Shown piece after piece: positions 58,886 through 64,000 of a DNA stretch of 64,000 bases. The stretch is from Macrostomum lignano (taxonomy: Eukaryota). Where the stretch lies: positions 1-64,000 of the forward strand of contig NIVC01003014.1 of the NCBI GenBank assembly GCA_002269645.1. The letters run 5' to 3'. Under the pieces are notes generated by a model, which had not been told where the DNA came from, ran no database searches, and saw nothing but the letters and a program-made list of their open reading frames with translations. Every line of letters begins with the position of its first letter. The stretch's first letter is position 1. Both the position numbers and the translations under genes were made by a program.

Positions 58886-59608
58886 CCAAGGCTGAAGTGG
58901 GGAGTTGCTGAGATGCCATGGCTCAAGTGGGGAGTTGCTGAGATGCCATGGCTCAAGTGGGGAGTTGCTGAGATGCCATGGCTCAAGTGGGGATTTGCTG
59001 AGATGCTAATGCTCAAGTGGGGAGTTGCTGAGATGCCATGGCTCAAGTGGGGAGTTGCTGAGATGCCATGGCTCAAGTGGGGATTTGCTGAGATGCTAAT
59101 GCTCAAGTGGGGAGTTGCTGAGATGCCATGGGACAAGTGGGGAGTTGCTGAGATGCCATGGCTCAAGTGGGGAGTTGCTGAGATGCCATGGCTCAAGTGG
59201 GGAGTTGCTGAGATGCCATGGCTCAAGTGGGGAGTTGCTGAGATGCTAATGCTCAAGTGGGGAGTTTCTGAGATGCTAATGCTCCAGTGGGGAGTTGCTG
59301 AGATGCCATGGCTCAAGTGGGGAGTTGCTGAGATGCTAATGCTCAAGTGGGGAGTTGCTGAGATGCCATGGCTCAAGTGGGGAGTTGCTGAGATGCCATG
59401 GCTCAAGTGGGGAGTTGCTGAGATGCCATGGCTCAAGTGGGGAGCTTCTGAGATGCCATGGCTCAAGTGAGGAGTTTCTGAGATGCCATGGCTCAAGTGG
59501 GGAGTTGCTGAGATGCCATGGCTCAAGTGGGGAGTTGCTGAGATGCCATGGCTCAAGTGGGGAGCTGCTGAGATGCCATGGCTCAAGTGGGGAGTTGCTG
59601 AGATGCTA
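58886..59608. repeat. 30-bp minisatellite (GCTCAAGTGGGGAGTTGCTGAGATGCCATG)
   Basis: Direct reading. Confidence 0.97.
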
Positions 59609-60062
59609 TGTCTAGAGTATGGCTACAACACAGCACAGATACCGAGTGGCCTGCCAAGGAAAAAGACCATGTTCCAATATTATAAATTTCCTTAATCTAC
59701 TAATCAACAAATCAGACTACTATAATTAGTAGTATCGCAGATTTATTGCTAGGAAAGAATTAATAACGACAGACAAGCCGATCTGGGAGCAGTTGTGGTC
59801 ATGAGGACTGACTAGATTAGTCAACTGGAGCATTAATTTGACTTCGATGCCAGCCTTGATGCAGATGTGGAAACTGTGCGAGCGGTCAAGAGATCAGATC
59901 GAGATTTTTTTAAAGAAAATTCAATGGTTGCTATGAACTGTAGAAGTAGTAGCTATTGTAAATAACAAAAGCTTGCTCTGTTACGACAGGAGCACTTGAT
60001 ATAATAAGCAAATAATGGTTACTATGGTTGGTAGAAGTGGTTGCTATGTTCGGTAGGACAGG

Positions 60063-60437
60063 TAGCTAGAGCACGAACACTAGCTACTACAGCACGGACA
60101 CTAGCTACTACAGCACAGACACTAGCTACTACAGCACGGACACTAGCTACTACAGCACGGACATTAGCTACTACAGCACGGACACTAGCTACTACAGCAC
60201 GGACACTAGATATACTAGAGCACGGACACTAGCTACTACAGCACGGACACTAGCTACTACAGCACGGACACTAGCTACTACAGCACGGACACTAGCTACT
60301 ACAGCACGGACACTAGCTACTACAGCACGGACACTAGCTACTACAGCACGGACACTAGATATACTACAGCACGGACACTAGATATACTAGAGCACGGACA
60401 CTAGCTACTACAGCACGGACACTAGCTACTAGAGCAC
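60063..60437. repeat. 21-bp minisatellite (CTAGCTACTACAGCACGGACA)
   Basis: Direct reading. Confidence 0.95.
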
Positions 60438-60534
60438 GTGTTACTCGTCATTGTCGTAGCGACATATTCTTTCATACTGCACTTTGAATGCATCGTAAAC
60501 TCAAAAAATTGTTTTAGCCATCTCTATCCGTGCA

Positions 60535-60535
<1 letters not shown>

Positions 60536-60595
<60 letters not shown>

Positions 60596-60596
60596 T
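60536..60596. repeat. (CT)n microsatellite
   Basis: Direct reading. Confidence 0.95.
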
Positions 60597-61689
60597 TTCG
60601 TCTTCTTAATTGATCAGGACATCGATGGGGCGAAAAGTATCTTCATCCAACCATGCTGAGAGGCTCCCGCTGAGCGCGTCTGAGAGAGAGGGAGGGAGAG
60701 ATAGAAGGGGAGAGAGTAGTCAGTCGGTGCATCGAGTTTGGTTGCTGAACCAACTCCAGAAAGTTTATATTTAGGCTCTGGTTTTGGCCAGAGCTATTTG
60801 ATAAAAAAACCTGGCACGCTCCGTCAACCATGACTCGCTTCCAGCTTCTCTGACTTTTCTTCATCCCATCTCTCCATACGCCTTGCTGCTGCATGCCAAA
60901 TATACGAGCTCACTTGGGGGGCAAATTTCATCATAGCATTTATCCATATTGAGTATATCTATCCTTCTAAGCCCGCTTGTGATCACTGGGCAGATCAGTT
61001 TATCATTTTCAAAGTAGATATAGCTACATGCTATAGGGGACTGTGGAGGGCCATGAAGAGATTGAGTCCTGCTTCTGATGTCGTAACGTTGCTTACTTAG
61101 CACTCTATATTTGACAAAGGTTGCTGACTGTGCTCAAACTCGATTTGGCAGGCGGCTACATCGAATATATATATAGGATCAATAGTAGTATAGCGATAGG
61201 AGTGACCTTGACTTTTCGATAGTGTTTGTTATGCTCTTGCAACTTTGTCTCTGTACACGAAGGCCCGACTACTAAACTAGCTCTTGTGGCATTAACAATT
61301 TTCAGAACTTGCTAATGCTGGAAAACGACAGGCATAATGCTCGTATTATTTCAGCCTGTTCTTTACTACTGAAATGGCTAAAATATCCAACCAAAACTTT
61401 CTATCTTTTCTAAAAGTTCAGAGGCAATGCGAGTTCTTGGACAGTTAAAAAACAAAAGCCTCTAAAAGCCTTGTCAATTTCCTTCTCTGCTCGGCACGGA
61501 AAAAATGATCTGCGATTGTTTTGTTCTGCTTTGAAAATTTAAGGAATGCATTCGTAGAAAAATATTTTAACAGTACTCAAAAGGATGGGAGGAATCCTTT
61601 CTATAACTGTAGTCGCAAAATTATAAAGAATTTCAGTATAATGACCAATGAATTTAGTGTTTAGTGGGAGAGGACAGTCGATAGTAAAA

Positions 61690-62325
61690 GAGCGAGAGGA
61701 AAATCGATAAAACAGCAAGAGAGGAAATCGATAATAAAACAGCGAGAGAGGAAAATCGATAATAAAACAGCAAGAGAGGAAAATCGATAAAACAGCAAGA
61801 GAGGAGAGTCGATAATAAAAAAGCAAGAGAGGAAATCGATAATAAAACAGCAAGAGAGGAAATCGATAATAAAACAGCAAGAGAGGAAATTCGATAATAA
61901 AACAGCAAGAGAGGAAAATCGATAAAACAGCAAGAGAGGAAATCGATAATAAAACAGCAAGAGAGGAAATCGATAATAAAACAGCAAGAGAGGAAATTCG
62001 ATAATAAAACAGCAAGAGAGGAAAATCGATAAAACAGCAAGAGAGGAAATCGATAATAAAACAGCAAGAGAGGAAAATCGATAAAACAGCAAGAGAGGAA
62101 ATCGATAATAAAACAGCAAGAGAGGAAATCGATAATAAAACAGCAAGAGAGGAAATCGATAATAAAACAGCAAGAGAGGAAATCGATAATAAAACAGCAA
62201 GAGAGGAAAATCGATAATAAAACAACAAGACGGGAAATCGATAATAAAACAACAAGACGGGAAATCGATAATAAAACAACAAGACGGGAAATCGATAATA
62301 AAACAGAGAGAGAAGAAAATCGATA
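61690..62325. repeat. ~27-bp minisatellite (AAATCGATAATAAAACAGCAAGAGAGG)
   Basis: Direct reading. Confidence 0.95.
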
Positions 62326-62469
62326 ATGCAAGTATATCAGATCTAGGCAACTTAACACAAACTCAGAAACTTTTACACTGTATAATTCTGAACCAGTTGG
62401 CTCTATAAAATACTAAGTTAATTGGTGCCTCAAAATAGGTGAGGCGTTCAACTCATCTGCAGTGGCAGC

Positions 62470-63237
62470 TCAGTGGAATGGCGACAAGCACTCGCACAGC
62501 ATGCCACGAGCATTGCCTGCGGCAGGATCAAAGTCCCCGATTCCGGTGCCCCACTTGCCGGCCACATTCTCAATATGGGGCATGTTGTTTCCAGGCTCTC
62601 CGGCAGTCCACTGGGAGGCATTGATGGCGATGCCGCAGGGCTGCCAGCTCCAGCCTCCGGCCGGTTCCACACTGCCAGGCGCCTGAACTCCGCCAAGGAA
62701 CATGTCTCCTATGCCGGCCATGTACGTGTTGTACAGCTGCAGCATGTGCAGCTTCTCAGCCTCACTGGTCACGTCCGACATCATCACCAGGCCGCCATCC
62801 GTCTCGCATTTCTCTTTGCCTTGGTTCCACGTTATTGTGTCTGGCCATAGGACGTTGTGCACCTTGTACTTCACTCCGCACAGGTCGTCTCCGTAGCCAG
62901 ACGGACACAGCGCGCCCGCCTCGAGTCCCGGCTGCTGCTTCACAAACACGCGGCCTCTCCTGGAGCAGCCGCAGTCCCTCACCGACTTGCTGCACCTGTC
63001 GAACACGAACAGCTGGCACGGACCGTCAGCCAGGCTGAACGCCTGACAGCGCAGCCTGCGGCCGCACTGAGCAGCGCAAGTGGTGGCAGTCTTGGCACCT
63101 GGAGCAGTTTCAATAAACTCACTGTTGATGCACAGAAAGCCCTCGATCCGATGGAATTCGTCCTTGGTAAACCCGTGCCGCGAAGGAACGATTGCAGCCA
63201 GCACAATAAGCAGTTTTGAAAATTTTATCCAAAGCAT
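62470..63237 (-). CDS. Secreted PAN/apple-like + C-type-lectin-like protein, copy 2 (255 aa, intronless)
   Basis: Signal peptide MLWIKFSKLLIVLAAIVP; TCAAQC..CQAF; TWNQGKEKC..FLGG..WSW..WTAGEPGNN..GIGD..LCEC. Confidence 0.85.
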   Translation of the reverse strand: MLWIKFSKLLIVLAAIVPSRHGFTKDEFHRIEGFLCINSEFIETAPGAKTATTCAAQCGRRLRCQAFSLADGPCQLFVFDRCSKSVRDCGCSRRGRVFVKQQPGLEAGALCPSGYGDDLCGVKYKVHNVLWPDTITWNQGKEKCETDGGLVMMSDVTSEAEKLHMLQLYNTYMAGIGDMFLGGVQAPGSVEPAGGWSWQPCGIAINASQWTAGEPGNNMPHIENVAGKWGTGIGDFDPAAGNARGMLCECLSPFH

Positions 63238-63656
63238 GTCGCCTTCACGGAACTGCACTGCAGCAAGCGATTTTTGTCTCAATAATTTCAGCGGCGATTA
63301 AATCCGAGAGCGGCTTCTCGCTTTCGCTTTTACCTTCCAATGATATTTCTGCTCTGTTGTAGCTGCGTTGCTATGCAGCGCGAGACGCAGTGCGCAATTT
63401 TCATTTCAGTTCCCTTCCATTATCGCACTTTTTTAGTTGATTCAAATTGAAAGGATCAATTACGTCGTAGCTTTTCATTTTACTTAAGAGAGTTTATATG
63501 GCAGTTCGCGTTATGGCTTTTTGCATTTGTTGAACATTTATAGATTGATCTGAATTTTGATTTTCAGTTAAGTGCTAGATTAGATTGAAGAGAACTTTAC
63601 GAAGCAGAACTAGCAGGTGCTACGTAAGCGCAATTTATCTAAAAGGGATTTGCGAA

Positions 63657-64000
63657 TCGGTACTCGTCTATCGGTACTCATCTATCGGTACTCATCTATC
63701 GGTACTCATCTATCAGTACTCATCTATCGGTACTCATCTATCGGTACTCATCTATCGGTACTCATCTATCGGTACTCATCTATCGGTACTCATCTATCGG
63801 TACTCATCTATCAGTACTCATCTATCGGTACTCATCTATCGGTACTCATCTATCGGTACTCATCTATCGGTACTCATCTATCGGTACTCATCTATCGGTA
63901 CTCATCTATCGTACTCATCTATCGGTACTCATCTATCGGTACTCATCTATCGGTACTCATCTATCGTACTCATCTATCGGTACTCATCTATCGGTACTCA
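63657..64000. repeat. 14-bp minisatellite (TATCGGTACTCATC), runs off the window end
   Basis: Direct reading. Confidence 0.97.

Noticed and set aside
58804-62358. Repetitive ORFs at 58804-59695, 60041-60232 and 61539-62358
   Set aside because: They track the 30-, 21- and 27-bp minisatellites; no other coding evidence.

Overview
Eukaryotic, intron-containing, very repeat-rich invertebrate DNA. The style suggests a Macrostomum-like flatworm, but this is inference and the species is not provable from the window. By-eye splice reconstruction gives four conserved genes: an NCS-2-like neuronal calcium sensor (-, 3 exons, 192 aa), BROX (-, 6 exons, 425 aa, CAAX end), TTI1 (+, 5' end unresolved) and a USP44/USP49-like deubiquitinase (+, 4 exons, 719 aa). 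There are two PAN-like + C-type-lectin paralogs (-) and a probable third decayed fragment. An intact, very young Ty3/Gypsy element spans 48059-58400 (near-identical ~830-bp LTRs, TGGC TSD, tRNA-Gln PBS, single 1921-aa gag-pol ORF). Also present are several MITEs, SINEs and transposase remnants, a ~645-bp tandem array that looks like a repeated symmetric exon, and about 20 different minisatellites that fill almost every intron. Most notable: (1) the Gypsy polyprotein carries a cold-shock-like domain right after its zinc knuckle, and its 3' region carries antisense Tudor-like motifs plus an Arg/Ala-rich ORF; (2) 10 of 12 resolved coding introns contain their own tandem repeat, three sharing a sense-strand AATCGCCCC core; (3) the two lectins differ as EPGN versus QPGD at the specificity motif. 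All homology calls are from motif recognition, not database searches.
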